From Paraspadella gotoi (taxonomy: Eukaryota > Animalia > Chaetognatha), in assembly GCA_051294375.1 (NCBI GenBank), contig CM119264.1:14782682-14846681 (forward strand): a DNA stretch of 64,000 nt, in the 5' to 3' direction. A program made the translations under genes and the position numbers. Shown in pieces: positions 1-12,829 of this stretch. Within the stretch, counting starts at the first letter, position 1. The number at the start of each line of letters is the position of its first letter. The notes beneath the pieces were generated by a model. The model did not search any database. It was not told where the DNA came from and saw only the letters and a list, made by a program, of their open reading frames with translations.

Positions 1-33
<33 letters not shown>

Positions 34-116
34 AGAAAAATCGAGAAGAGAAGAAAGCGCGTCAGTCGGTTAGTCATAAAAGAGAGAGAGACTGAGAGAG
101 AGAGAGAAGAGAGAGG

Positions 117-154
<38 letters not shown>

Positions 155-227
155 AGAGGAAGAGAGAGAGAGAGAGAGAGAAGCGAGAGAGGAGACAGAG
201 AGAGAGAGATAGCAGAGGGAGAGAAGA

Positions 228-265
<38 letters not shown>
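1..265. repeat. (GA)n microsatellite, imperfect
   Basis: Directly visible GA dinucleotide runs. Confidence 0.95.
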
Positions 266-267
<2 letters not shown>

Positions 268-589
268 CCGCAACGGGCAATAATTATCGCCAGCCAAAAG
301 TAGTCACAGAATAAAGAGGAACAAACAAAGAGACAGAAAAAAGAAACAGAGCTAAGAAAAGGGCAAGAACGACTAATGGAGGCTCAACGAAAAAGAAAGC
401 AGAAGAGAGGTCATTGGTTGGGATGAGATTGAACAAAAGAAACGGGTCCAAGTGGGATAGGCAAGAAGGGGAGAATTTGCCGAGTGGGAACTGAGATGAG
501 GTGATAAAAGGTTTGAGCAAGAGGATGCGTTAAAAGTGAATGAGTCATGCAAATCGTCTTGAAGGGAAGATTGAAAGATGGAGGAGTGC

Positions 590-925
590 ATCGGTCCGCG
601 GTCGGTCGCCGGTCGGTCGGTCGGGATCGTTCGGTCGGTCGGTCGGTCCGGTCGGTTCGGTCGGTGATCGGTCGGTCGGTCGGTCGTCGGTGGTCGTCGT
701 CGTGGTCGGTCGGTCGGGTCGGTCGCGTCGAGGGTCGGTCGGTCGTCGTCGGGGTGGCGGTCGGTCGGTCGGTCGGTCGGTCGGTCGGTCCGGTCGGTCC
801 GGTCGTGGTCGGTCGGTCGGTCGTCGGTCCGTCGGTCGGTCGGTCGGTCGGTCGTTCGGCGGTGTCGGTCGCTGCGCGGCTGGGGGTGCGATCGGTCGGT
901 CGGTCGGTCGGTTCGGCGATCGGTA
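590..925. repeat. (GGTC)n/(GTC)n degenerate microsatellite
   Basis: Directly visible; explains the GRSV/PTDR low-complexity ORFs. Confidence 0.95.
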
Positions 926-2086
926 GAAATCCTGGGGATTTTCGAATTTCAGCTCCGGAATGAGATTGGGCTCCGAGAAGACGCGTCTCTCGACCATCTG
1001 TTTAAGTCGTCGCCTCCGCGGGGTCGGAGGACGAGTTGTCGTCGTCGTCGTCGATGCGTCGTTGTTGTCGATGCAACAAGCCGGGAAATCGGTTTTACTT
1101 TCGGAAGATGTTTACGCAATCGTTGTTTTTTTTCCGCCTTTATTTTGTGATCCTTGAATTCAATATTTTGTTGGTATTCTATTCTTTATTAACTTTTCCA
1201 CTTATCACCGCTACTGTCGTTTTGCGGTTTGCCCTCTCAAAAGCTATTCTGGTTTTGAAATCGAAAAAAAATTTCGATTAAATTTTCGACAAAGAAGATC
1301 GCAAGAAAAAAAGAGCAGCGCGGGAAAGAATAGAAGATAAACGAGTATGCAAATGAGAATTCATTCCGAGGTCCTTTCTAACTTTTTGACAAGTTCCCTC
1401 AGATTTTACAGTACGTGGAAGTAATAAAATTGTCCTAACAAAACCTAAGGTTGAAACGGATCCAACGATGACACGAAAACCGACAAATCCAGAGATAAAA
1501 CTGACAAAAAATATAGAAAAATATCGCGATGATTTTAAAGACGACAAGAAGACGGAAAAATCGATGACGGAAAAGTGAGAAAAAACCTACAGGAAAAGCG
1601 AAATCATTACTACGACATTAGTAATATTAATATCATCAGAATTTTTTGCCAATTTCTAAACAAAAATATATCACAAGTAAGAAGAAGAGGTGACAGATAC
1701 CTGAAAGGCTTTAAATGAGCCTAAATGTAATGTAACAATATATTCTCTATGTGAGTCTTAGACTAAAAATTTATCAAAATCTAAAGGTATAAAAAAGAGA
1801 GAAGCAATCATATATATTAATAGGAAGAGATCGTCTCATAGATAAGAATCGAGGCGAACGAGATATGACGTCAGCGATAAGATTTGTGGCGTCGAGGTTA
1901 TGACGGCGTGGGGAGCCGGGTCTAAAAAACTAAGAGTAGTAAGCGGGCGTTGGTAAGTTGACCGCGAAAACGATGAGAGCCCTTGGCAAGATGAAAAACT
2001 GCCGAATCAGCGAACCGCGACCACTTTTTTTTTATATCATTTCCGCTCTTGACTTTTTCAACTTTTTTTGTTGTTTAGAGAATTGT

Positions 2087-2596
2087 NNNNNNNNNNNNNN
2101 NNNNNNNNNNNNNNNNNNNNNNNNNNNNNNNNNNNNNNNNNNNNNNNNNNNNNNNNNNNNNNNNNNNNNNNNNNNNNNNNNNNNNNNNNNNNNNNNNNNN
2201 NNNNNNNNNNNNNNNNNNNNNNNNNNNNNNNNNNNNNNNNNNNNNNNNNNNNNNNNNNNNNNNNNNNNNNNNNNNNNNNNNNNNNNNNNNNNNNNNNNNN
2301 NNNNNNNNNNNNNNNNNNNNNNNNNNNNNNNNNNNNNNNNNNNNNNNNNNNNNNNNNNNNNNNNNNNNNNNNNNNNNNNNNNNNNNNNNNNNNNNNNNNN
2401 NNNNNNNNNNNNNNNNNNNNNNNNNNNNNNNNNNNNNNNNNNNNNNNNNNNNNNNNNNNNNNNNNNNNNNNNNNNNNNNNNNNNNNNNNNNNNNNNNNNN
2501 NNNNNNNNNNNNNNNNNNNNNNNNNNNNNNNNNNNNNNNNNNNNNNNNNNNNNNNNNNNNNNNNNNNNNNNNNNNNNNNNNNNNNNNNNNNNNNNN
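2087..2596. other. Assembly gap (510 N)
   Basis: Run of N. Confidence 0.99.
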
Positions 2597-4332
2597 TAAT
2601 CAAAGATAATTTCAGAAAAATCATTCAGAATTCAAATCCAATAAGTAATCAGTCTCTGAATTCGTATTTCTAAACAAAAAAATTAACAAAATTGGGAAAA
2701 ACAAACTTTCCTTTTTTCTTAACCTCAGATTCGGTTTCCTTTTATTTTTCCTTTCATGTTTTCACTTCATTGATTTTCGTTCAAAACCAGATTCGGTTTT
2801 CAGTCTCTGTTTCCGGTTCCATACGCTCCCTGTTCCGGATCACCACGCCGCCTTCCGGTTAACCACGCCCCAATCCCTGTCCACCACCTTCCCTTTCCGG
2901 TCGACCAGGTGCTTCCCCCGGTCTTGGAATTCCACGGATGGCATTAACCAGCACAGTGGCGCGGAAATAACCGAGGCAGAAATCGTCAATGTTTTTCGAA
3001 CTCGTTTCTCTTATAACATATTCTTTGTTTCTCTTTACTTTTTAAATCCACGAAAGAAAAATCACAACATTTTTAACAAAGCTTGCAATTATTCCAAACA
3101 ATATTTTGCTCCTCGCTACCCGCGTGCTATTCTTTCCGAAAAAAGCCAACGCAATCAAACAAGAGAGACAAGAGCCCGAAAATACCGAAACAAATGAACA
3201 CAAGCAAAAAAGAAAAAAAAAGGGACGACAGCGATAAAGACGACAACAACGACAATGAAGGCGCCGAACGTCGTCTTGGAATCGGGGATAAAAAATGCAG
3301 ACTTTGCATATTTACTAAAACGAAAAAGATTAAAAGGAAAGAAAAGTGGAAAAAAGAGAGAAGGTTTTAAACCAAATTAAGAAAGGAGAGAAATTTTAAG
3401 GTAGAAAAAGGTTGTGTACGTATAGTATTATATAATCCATTGAACAGTTAAAATTAATTATAAAATGTTACTGACTTAATAATTACTTTATAATTAACTT
3501 TAACATTTTAACGGATTATAATTTTGATTTACGTTACCTAAAAGTTAATCGCCATGTATTACATATTAAGTAACGTTCTCTTCGCAGCCAAAACACTGAC
3601 AGACCGACTTTGTTTCTCAGTTGTCGATTTCTGATTGCAATTTCTTTTTTGTGAAACTCTAACATCACCACCAATTTTTTTCCTTGTCAATAAAATACTC
3701 TCTCTCTACTGATACTACAGTTTTTCAACATTTTGGCCAGAAAAATGCTATTACCATTACTAATTAACAATCATAAATCTTAAGTCTTCAACAACTCTAT
3801 TTATCTTTAATCAGTATCTCTTTCTCTCTCGTCTCTATTTGACTCAATAAAAAAATCAAAAAACTCTCTTTGTCTTTGTCCAACTTTTCACTAATCCTTC
3901 TCATCACGTAAAGTGACGAAGTCTTTTGTTCGAAATCACTATGTCTTTTTTTTTAAATCGGTTTTTTTTTCTTTTTTATACAATTTTTCCCCCTTGAAAT
4001 TTGTTTCCTCTTTTTGAGCCCCACGTTGCAGTGATGTATTTCGGTCGCTGATTGTTTCAATTTTTCACTTTTTTCTCTTTTCTTTCTTTTCCCGATGATT
4101 GAAAATTCCGTGGCTGAATCAAAGAAAATTTTCCTGACTAGGTTCTCATACTTTCTACTTTTCTTGACTTAACTTTCCTTTACTTCTTTCACATTAATTT
4201 ATCACCTCAAAGAAACGTTTCGTGACAACAGCTGCGCTCTACGCTCACGTCAGCGCAGGAGTTAATCGCGTCCATTCTGTGAAAAAAAAAGATGTCATGA
4301 AGAAATTGAACAATGCAGCAATGTCATTAATT

Positions 4333-4545
4333 TGTGGTTTTACAGGGCGCCACACCCGCAGCGGGGTCACCTCGTGTCGACAACGAGACAGCATGTTCAT
4401 TGTTCATGGAGTCCAGAGATTTCGATCAGGCAGCAGGCCTAAGCCTACAGGCGGGTTACCCGGTCCATCCCACTTTCTACATGACAACCTCAGGGCTCGA
4501 ACCAGGGACGCACATTGGTGCATCAGTCCACTGAGACCACCAGAA
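4333..4545 (-). mobile_element. tRNA-derived SINE-like element
   Basis: Minus strand has A-box-like TGGTCTCAGTGG (4539-4528) and B-box GGTTCGAGCCC (4503-4493), followed by a ~150-nt GC-richer body in AT-rich context. Confidence 0.7.
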
Positions 4546-6152
4546 TAGTTCTAAATATTTATTTTTCAAATTATGAATCTGAGGATCTACTCGAGGGGGG
4601 GTGTAATGAGACAAACAATCTACAATTTAACAGTGAGTCGTAGACTATTTTTTTCCTCAATGTCTCTCTTAGACTTTGGCTCTTCTTTAATAACTCTGAA
4701 ATGGTAAACATAATTTATTCTTCAAATTTCTTCATGATCAGTAATAAAATATTCTTTGGCTTTTCATGAAACAAACCTTTTCTGGTGATTACATTTTGTA
4801 AAGGCCACCTGCTTTTACTGCATGCAAAAACGCCGACATCCAATGAACGAACTAATTAGGAAAAACTTTTAGACTGCGACGTGCGAAAAAGTCACTCGTG
4901 AGTCGCAACGCCGAACGACCCTCTCGCGGTTCGATCAAAGGTCAACCTCTCTCGCCGCTCACTCCCAACGCATTGCGACGAAAGGATCTGGCCATTTGCC
5001 CAGAAACTTGAGTTCACTCTCTTCCAGAATGAACTTAGTGATGCAATCGATTGAGATGATCCTCTCGAGGATTTTCACCAATTCGAGCAACTCGCCCGTC
5101 AACATCCGCCCTCTTTTTCCCCCCATCCCCCTTTGCTGTTCGCGCCGCCCAGTTCCCAAATCGAACAGAGAGAGAGAGCAAAACCGAAGCTAGAGAAAAC
5201 TGAATCAAAACAGAGATACGTCATATAGAAATGAAAGAAAAGTATGTAAAATGTATCATGTACATTAGCACGGAGCATAAATACAAGATATGATATATGA
5301 CCTCTTGTGCCCCCTTATTTTTTGTATTTTGATATAAATACTATCGCCCAAGTTTAAAAAAATGAAAATTCGCTTGCTCAATTTTCCCGTTCTATATCGA
5401 TTTAATAAAGCAATTTGATGCAAAAAAATTGTAAAAATTAGCAAAATTTTGATATCAAAAGAAAGCTGATTAAGTTCACTTTTTTAATGAAATATAGCTA
5501 AAACAAAGAATTTAAACCCGTTTTCATTCCACATTGGAAAATAAGTTACCAAGCCACATAACGCACTCAATATCCTGTTTTTAAAGCTTATAAAGATTTT
5601 AGTACCTATATTAAACTTTATACAGCTTATAATAAGCCTTTACAAAAAGATATTAATGACTACCATAGGCCTTAACCATTACCACTCTCCCTCCCTTCCG
5701 TAGATCGCTCTGGCCGATCTGTCTCTTTTTTTAAAAAATGAAAAAATTCTCATGAAAGACTGGTAAAATCGTTTTAAAATAAGTACTCTGTTAAATATTA
5801 GTACAATTAATAATATGAAGCCTCCGGGAATGAAAACTAAAATTGTGCGGCCTTAGTATTTTAAATACATTCAAATACTTTAATTCGAACTTTACCTAAA
5901 TAACAAAAACGCATTTTTCAATATTTCAGAGTTTATTCGAGATGCTCTCGTTAAGGTCCGATCAGTATTTTCACTTTTATTAGAAATGTTTCGAGGTGCT
6001 CTCGTTAAGGTTCGATCGTTTTTTGCCTCTGTAGAATTTTGTATTTTTCGCTCTCTCTCGCTTGCTTGTTTTTTCTGACGCGAAATAAATTCTTTAAAAA
6101 AAGATTCCTGCTTTTCGATGTAGTATAACTCATGAAAAGGGAGCTCTTTCAA

Positions 6153-6155
6153 ATA

Positions 6156-6215
<60 letters not shown>
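6153..6215. repeat. (AAT)n microsatellite
   Basis: Directly visible. Confidence 0.95.
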
Positions 6216-9200
6216 TGAAAGTCTTTTTTTAAGTTTTATTTTGTGCTCGCGAGGAAAGATATAAAAAAAAAAATTTGAAAAGATTAGGAAGATGGAAGAA
6301 AAAAAATTATTGGTGGGTTGGAGGGTTTGTCGGTGAGCCAGTTAGTCCTTAATCCTGGGTAGGTTAAACCTAGGGAAAGGCCTGTTTGGGCGCCACTCAG
6401 AAGGTATGCACCTATCTAGAGATATAGGGTGACTGTTATCTTGACAGGGAGAAAAAATGAGTACTGAGTGTGAGATATATATTAGTAATAGGAAAACAGG
6501 TACAACAAAGGGAATAAGGGTATATAAAAGGGGGAGGGGAAGTTAGGAAGGCTTGAGGAATGAGGACCCCGAGATCGTGAGGAGAGTGTCTGAGGCCGAT
6601 CTCCAAGACTGTATCCCGTGACTCCGAGATGAAGAGAGGGGGACAATGAGGGGAGGAGGAGGCATTGAGAGGGGGAAGAGAAGACCCGGAGAGAGAAAGG
6701 TCCTGGCGGTAAGGGGGGGTCTATCCTGATAACTATTACAATTTGTTCAGCAAAATTAATTTTAGATCAGAAGATGTTTTATTCACAATTTTCATAAACC
6801 TCTTTCAATTTTGTTTAACTTTTGTTGGCTCATTTAGTCTGTATAACCAGGATTTTAAATTCTTACAATAAATAAATATAATCCTAAATTGTATTGACGC
6901 TCGTGGCGGCGTGTGGGCATGGCCATAGGGAGAAAAGGGGCTCGACATCAGACAGCCGTGGATTCGATATCGGCTTCTGACTTAGACTTTTTCGAGAGAA
7001 AGAACGCGACTACGACTATGCTTTGTTTGAAGCTTTATCTCTCTGATTCACTCTCTCTCTATCTCTCTCTCACTAACTCTCTGTGCTCTTCTCCTCTCTG
7101 AGGAGAACTTCTGTCTCGATGCTTACGGTCCAGGCGTTTGCAGTCGCTCGTCCAAAAAATGATTTTGACAAGAGTCTCGCTGACTTTATCTCCGTTGAGT
7201 GTAAAACGAGAGTTTATTCTCGGTGACAGACTAGGCAAAAACGACTGAAAAGCTGGTCATAAAAATTATGAAAGTAAACATTTAAAAATGACCAACGTTA
7301 TTAACAGGCCGAGATTAAGCTAAACAACTCTGATCTTGAATAACCATTTTCATTTATTTTTATTTTATTGTTAATATCAGTTTTAGTTTTTGTCAATGTC
7401 ACTGTCGCTTTAAAAGTGTTTTGTTTCATGCTTTTGTTTTTTTATTCATTGTATAAATTTTTAAAATATTAAGAGAGAGTTTTTAACATTTACAAGCAAT
7501 AAATTTAGTAATATTAAAAATAAACCTCTCTGACTCTGTTCTTACTCAAAACTGGAAAAATGGAAGAAAAAAAGAATATCAGTCTTGACTTAGAGGCAAC
7601 AATAGAGTAAGGTAACCACCGAGGGTGAAATGCCTGATGCCTTTTATATCATAAACAAAACCTCTCTTGCTTTGGAGGATTTTTATAATAATTTATTTTT
7701 TCTTTTGTTTATATTATGAAAGTTTTAAACACCATTTGAATAAATACACAATCCATAAATTTATTAGTTTCATAATCGCCTTAGTTTATTATTTGCTTTA
7801 TTTTTTGTGGTTCAAAAAAATAAAAAACTAAACTATTAATAGATAAAGTAACTTTTTACAAATGAAAACAATTATATATCTCCTTATTTCATATATATTT
7901 GATTAAAACATTCTAATTAACAATCTTTCCTATTATTTGAATTTTGTTGTATTTTTCCCAAAAAATGCAATTTTTTAATAATATTAAAACATTATTTAAT
8001 ACATATTTTTTATATTTATATAGTTGAAAATAGTTTTAAATCCTTGGATTTAGCTATAATTTATAAAAATTAATAATACTAACCATTTTATTATTTTTAA
8101 ATTGCTATTTTTTTCTGATTTTTTTGCATCTTATCGCATTATAAAATCGATTAACGGAAAATTGGCCAAGCGAATTTTGAATTTTTTGATCTTAGGGAAT
8201 AGTTTTACATGTGTTTCAAAAAAATTAGGAGGGCCAAGACGTCCTTTATTATTTCTTGTATTTATACTCCGCGCTAATGTACATTGTCCAATGCAAAAAA
8301 AAAAAGATATACTTTTTATAAACTAAAGAATTCTAATATTGCAAACTACGTTTTTTTCTCAAAATTTATTTGGGATATGTATGAATTTGTTTTCTTTTGA
8401 AATAACCTTACTTTTGATACTTAAATACAATTTCAACTTTGTCTACCATTTTACCTGATGGCGTCCTTTGGCTTTGTTACTTTCTTGCTTCATATTCTCC
8501 GCAGCCAACCAGTTTGACAGTCAACATTCAATCAACAGTTAACGACACGAACCGCCTTCCCTTGTCAATCAAGTTTTCTGTTTCATTTACAACTCGTTAG
8601 TCGTGTGGCATGACCTCATTCAACGACTTACATTTTTTTCTTTTCGTATATCTTTCCCGATCGAGAAAAGAAAAGTTCCTTCCAATTCACTCGATTTTTT
8701 TCCTCCAACGAACTCTGACCCTCTGGCGGCACCAAAATACATTTAAGAAAATACGTAGAAGGGAAAAATAACGGAATAGTATAAAGCGTTTGGCTCGGGA
8801 AATGACGTGGCGGCATTTTCTTGCTGTTGTTATTGTTGTTGTTGTCTATCCTCTTCTTATTCCCTTCTGTTCAACGGCTCCTGATTTATAACTCTTCGTG
8901 TTAATATTTTTTTAAAAAGGGTAATTTTTTTTCCCTCCACCAGAAGGAATATTAATGTCGTCTGTTTCTATATTAGTTGCTTATTTTTCTATTCGTCTCT
9001 ACCCTCTAAAAATTCGACAACTGTGGCGAAATCAAAAATTACCACGACGATAACCCCAGGAATAACCTCTACCAATCAACGGCGTCCAAAGATCGCGCAC
9101 ATGAAGATTCGATTTAAAAAAGCGCGCTTTCTGCCTCCGGTCTTTCCGTTTTCGAACGGCGAGTGGGAAAGAATGTTTGGATGTAGTTGTAGAAGAGAGT

Positions 9201-10498
9201 TCACCGATCAGCCTTATCCTCTTACCCCCCCCCCCTTTTCTCCATAAACTACCGAACCAAGTAAAAATTCCCAAACGGGAAAACTTTTATAACGACGTGA
9301 ATGTGCGGCCCAAATAATTTTCTCTCGTCAGCGACCGAGTGAAATTCCCCAGGGAAACATTTTTTTCAAAACGCTGTTTTTCTTCATAAACATTCCATGC
9401 TCCTCGCTTCTTTCTCTCATACACAACCCCACCCGGCCACCCGGTACAAACCCTCAAGGAAAAATACCTCGCCTTGGGGTAGAAGCGAAATTATTTCGCC
9501 AATAAAATTATGTAAAAAAAAATGATACGGTAAGCTAACGGAAGACAACAACACTTTGCATGTGGTTTTGTGCGACTTTTGAAAACCATTGCGAGAGATG
9601 GCGAACACTATGGTTTGAGAAATTTTAACGTCGTCCGTCGCATACTAGACTTCTAGTTGATGAAACCAAAAATACAAAAAATAAGAAAATTAAGAAATCA
9701 AATTCATAGCTTGTTTAATAAATTTTAATGTGCCCCCTTTCATGCCAGAGGTGTGACTGATAAATTATATTCTGGTCACTATGTAAACATTAAGTATGAT
9801 AACATGTTTTAAAGATTAGTATTGTGGTATATAATCCTTTCTTTCGTTGTGTTTTGATTAAGAAAAAGTTTGATTTGTTTACAACAACAATTCGTTTTTA
9901 TTTCAAAACGTACATGTAAACAAATCAAACTTTTTCTTAAGATTAGTATTAAAATTTTTTCTTCAGTTCCCTATGCTGTCATCGTTTAGATTAATACAGA
10001 TACCTCCTTCCAAAAAAAAAACCAGTAATGACAGTACACATAGATGGAACCCAACTAAAAATATCCTGACAAGATTATTGGGCAAAATCCAGACGATCGT
10101 TGACTCCGGCGCACTTTCGGTGCAGGATGCGGGGTCCTTCCTCCTCATATTCCTTTTTGGAGATCCACATCTCTTGAAATGTGGATAAAGAAGCCAGGAT
10201 TGATCCTCCGATCCAGGAGTAGTACTTCCTATCTGGAGGCGCGATGATATATATATGCAGGGGAACAAAGAGGAGCCGCCAGAGAGGACGGTGTTGGCGT
10301 AGAGATCTTGGCGAATGTCTTCATCGCACTTCATGATGGAACTGAAGGTCTTCCTATGGATGCCCTCGTTTTCCAAGCCTGAGATCATAATGAATGGAAG
10401 AAATAAAATTGAGGGATTATTTTGATAAAAATGAACTGAAAATTAAATTTGAAAACAACATTTGCAATTATAAAATTATAAGAATATAAAGTAACCCT

Positions 10499-11161
10499 TA
10501 TGGTGGACTAAAATCCACCAACCGTTCATCAGCGGCCATTGGTGCCGGAGGCAAGTCATTCACCTCGCAACCCAAAAGGTCCGGGGTTCTAGCCCGGTGG
10601 CCGTCTGGCAGTTATGAGGGATGGGGCGCTTAACCTGCCTGTAACACGTTGTTACAGCCTGATCCGAAGCTCAGGGACTGCTTATATTGAATGGTTCTGT
10701 CACAGTGTCACTAACACATAACAATTATCACTGTCTCTTCATTGGTGAGCCCGACTTCCGAACACAACAGCAACAACAACACTTTCAGGCGACATGCCTC
10801 AACCTGGCAATGCACTTTCTGCCAACAACACATCAGGCGACATGCCTCAACTTGGTGACGCACTTTCCATCAAAAACAATTCACTGAAGAGACGCAACAG
10901 ACTTCTCCCTACGGGAGGGGGGGATGTATGGTGGACTAAAATCCACCAACCGTTCATCAGCGGCCATTGGTGCCAGAGGCAAGTCATTCGCCTCCCAACC
11001 CAAAAGGTCCGGGGTTCTAGCCCGGTGGCCGCCTTGCAGTTAAGAGGGACGGGGCGCTTAACCCGCCTGTAACATTATGTTACAGCCTGATCTGAAGCTC
11101 AGGGACTGCTTATATTGAACGGTTCTGTCACTAACACATAATAAATATCACTGTCTCTTCA
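10499..11161 (+). mobile_element. TRIM (miniature non-autonomous LTR retrotransposon) with tRNA-like sequence in its LTRs, copy 1
   Basis: Direct repeats 10499-10741 and 10927-11161 (TATGG...TTCA), PBS-like TGGTGAGCCCGAC at 10743, PPT GGGAGGGGGGGA at 10913-10924, 4-bp TSD CCCT on both sides. Inserted antisense in the last intron of the divergent actin. Confidence 0.9.
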
Positions 11162-11824
11162 CCCTCTACATTCTCCAGCAAACATCAGACTTACCGATCA
11201 AGTTTGGCTGAAAGAGCGCCTCTGGACAGCGGAATCGCTCATTGCCAACCGTGATGACCTGACCATCGGGCAACTCATACGTTTTTTCCAACGTCGTCGA
11301 ACTCTCGGCAAGCTGCATATCTTGCTCATAGTCAAGCGACACGTAGCAAAGCTTTTCCTTAATGTCACGGACAATCTCGCGCTCGGCAGAAGTAGTTAAA
11401 GAGTAACTGAATGGAAAGGTTTTGAACTGATTAAACCGACAGACCGTTGAGTAGCTAGTAAGCGTTATTGGACACTGGACAGTAGAGTGGAGCACTCAAG
11501 AACAAAAAAATTATTTGAATGATCAAACAAGCTTGTTTAGACGTGAGAAAGTATGATTAACTAGTACAAAAAAATTTTCGTTCATATTGTCTCGGGAACA
11601 GAATAGTAAAATATAATATATTTGTAGTAATATTCTTATAAAATAATAAATTTTTCATAAAAAGTTGAATCAAAAATATAAAACATGTTATAAAAAATTC
11701 TGTTATCTTCAGGAATTTAAACAGGAAAAAAGATAAAAATTTATGCCTTTTTTATTCTTTGTAGCAAAAACTTATATATATATGTTAAAACGTTTTAGTC
11801 AGTTTTTGCAGTCTAAACATTAAA

Positions 11825-12075
11825 ATATCATATAACATATTATTTAAAAGTTTCTTAGTTTTTTTTCCGGAAAATCCAAATCTGTTCTTAAAAATAAAAA
11901 AAATATTTTAAATTTTAATTTTAAATTTTATAAGGGTATTACTACATAAATAACTGAATTTATTATACTGTGAAGCTAAAAAATAATTTTAAAGGATTTA
12001 TAATTTAATAATTATATGTCTATAGGCAATAATGTTCAATCGCTCAATCTTTTCATCCCTCCACCCTACTGGACA
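11825..12075 (+). repeat. AT-rich interspersed repeat family B (MITE-like)
   Basis: Similar sequence at ~47183-47430 (+) and ~18245-18420 (-), sharing 'aatccaaatctgttcttaaaaataaa' and 'caatcttttcatc.ctc.accct'. Confidence 0.7.
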
Positions 12076-12829
12076 ACCAGGCAGACAATAGACACTGACA
12101 CTATTAGACACTGACAGTGACAGTGACTAGAGAGTGATTGGATACACTGAGAGACAGACAGACAAATGGCTGGATAGATACACTAGATAGTGATTGGACG
12201 GATAGACAATTAGCAATCATACCATCTTGCAGATGGATTAAATTCTAAATCTCACCCTCTCTCCGAGAATATTTTCAACAAGTAGTCAGTGAGGTCCCCT
12301 CCGGCCAAGTCCAGACGCATAATGGCGTGGGGTAGGGCGTAACCATGATAAATAGGGACGGTGTGTGAGACGCCTTCGCCGGAGTCGAGGACAATGCCGA
12401 TGGTGCGGCCTGCGGCATAAAGGGACAGCACAGCCTGCATAGCGACAAACATGGCCGGGGTGTTGAAGGTCTCGAACATGATCTGCGTCATCTTCTCCCT
12501 ACTGGATTTGGGGTTGAGAGGGGCCTCCGTCAAAAGGACGGGGTGCTCCTCGGGCGCCACGCGAAGTTCGTTGTTGAAGGTGTGATGCCAAATCTGACAG
12601 AAAATTGAGCTTGGCAATTGATTTGTTAATTGACTGTTATATGATTGAATGATTGATTTTTAGTCGGATTTGCTTATAAAGCAGATCCCGAATCTATAAT
12701 TCACTGTTGTCGGTCCGTCGGTCCGCCCCTAAAATCTTGTCAGGGCATTCACTTATGTCATGGTCAGAACATTGAATTATTGAATAAATTATACATTATA
12801 TGCTATTACCTTCATTGTCGGAGTTGATA

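Noticed and set aside
70-997. SL-, GRSV- and PTDR-repeat ORFs
   Set aside because: Translations of GA and GGTC microsatellites.
1958-2673. Long ORFs of X residues
   Set aside because: They span the N gap.
4215-5110. Possible minus-strand exons (e.g. LLELVKILERIISIDC...WE followed by GTGAGC)
   Set aside because: Splice-like signals exist, but I could not build a consistent frame or recognise a family.
10960-11033. Functional tRNA gene
   Set aside because: The anticodon stem is unpaired, the loop differs among the four LTR copies and there is no adjacent oligo-T terminator; treated as element-derived.
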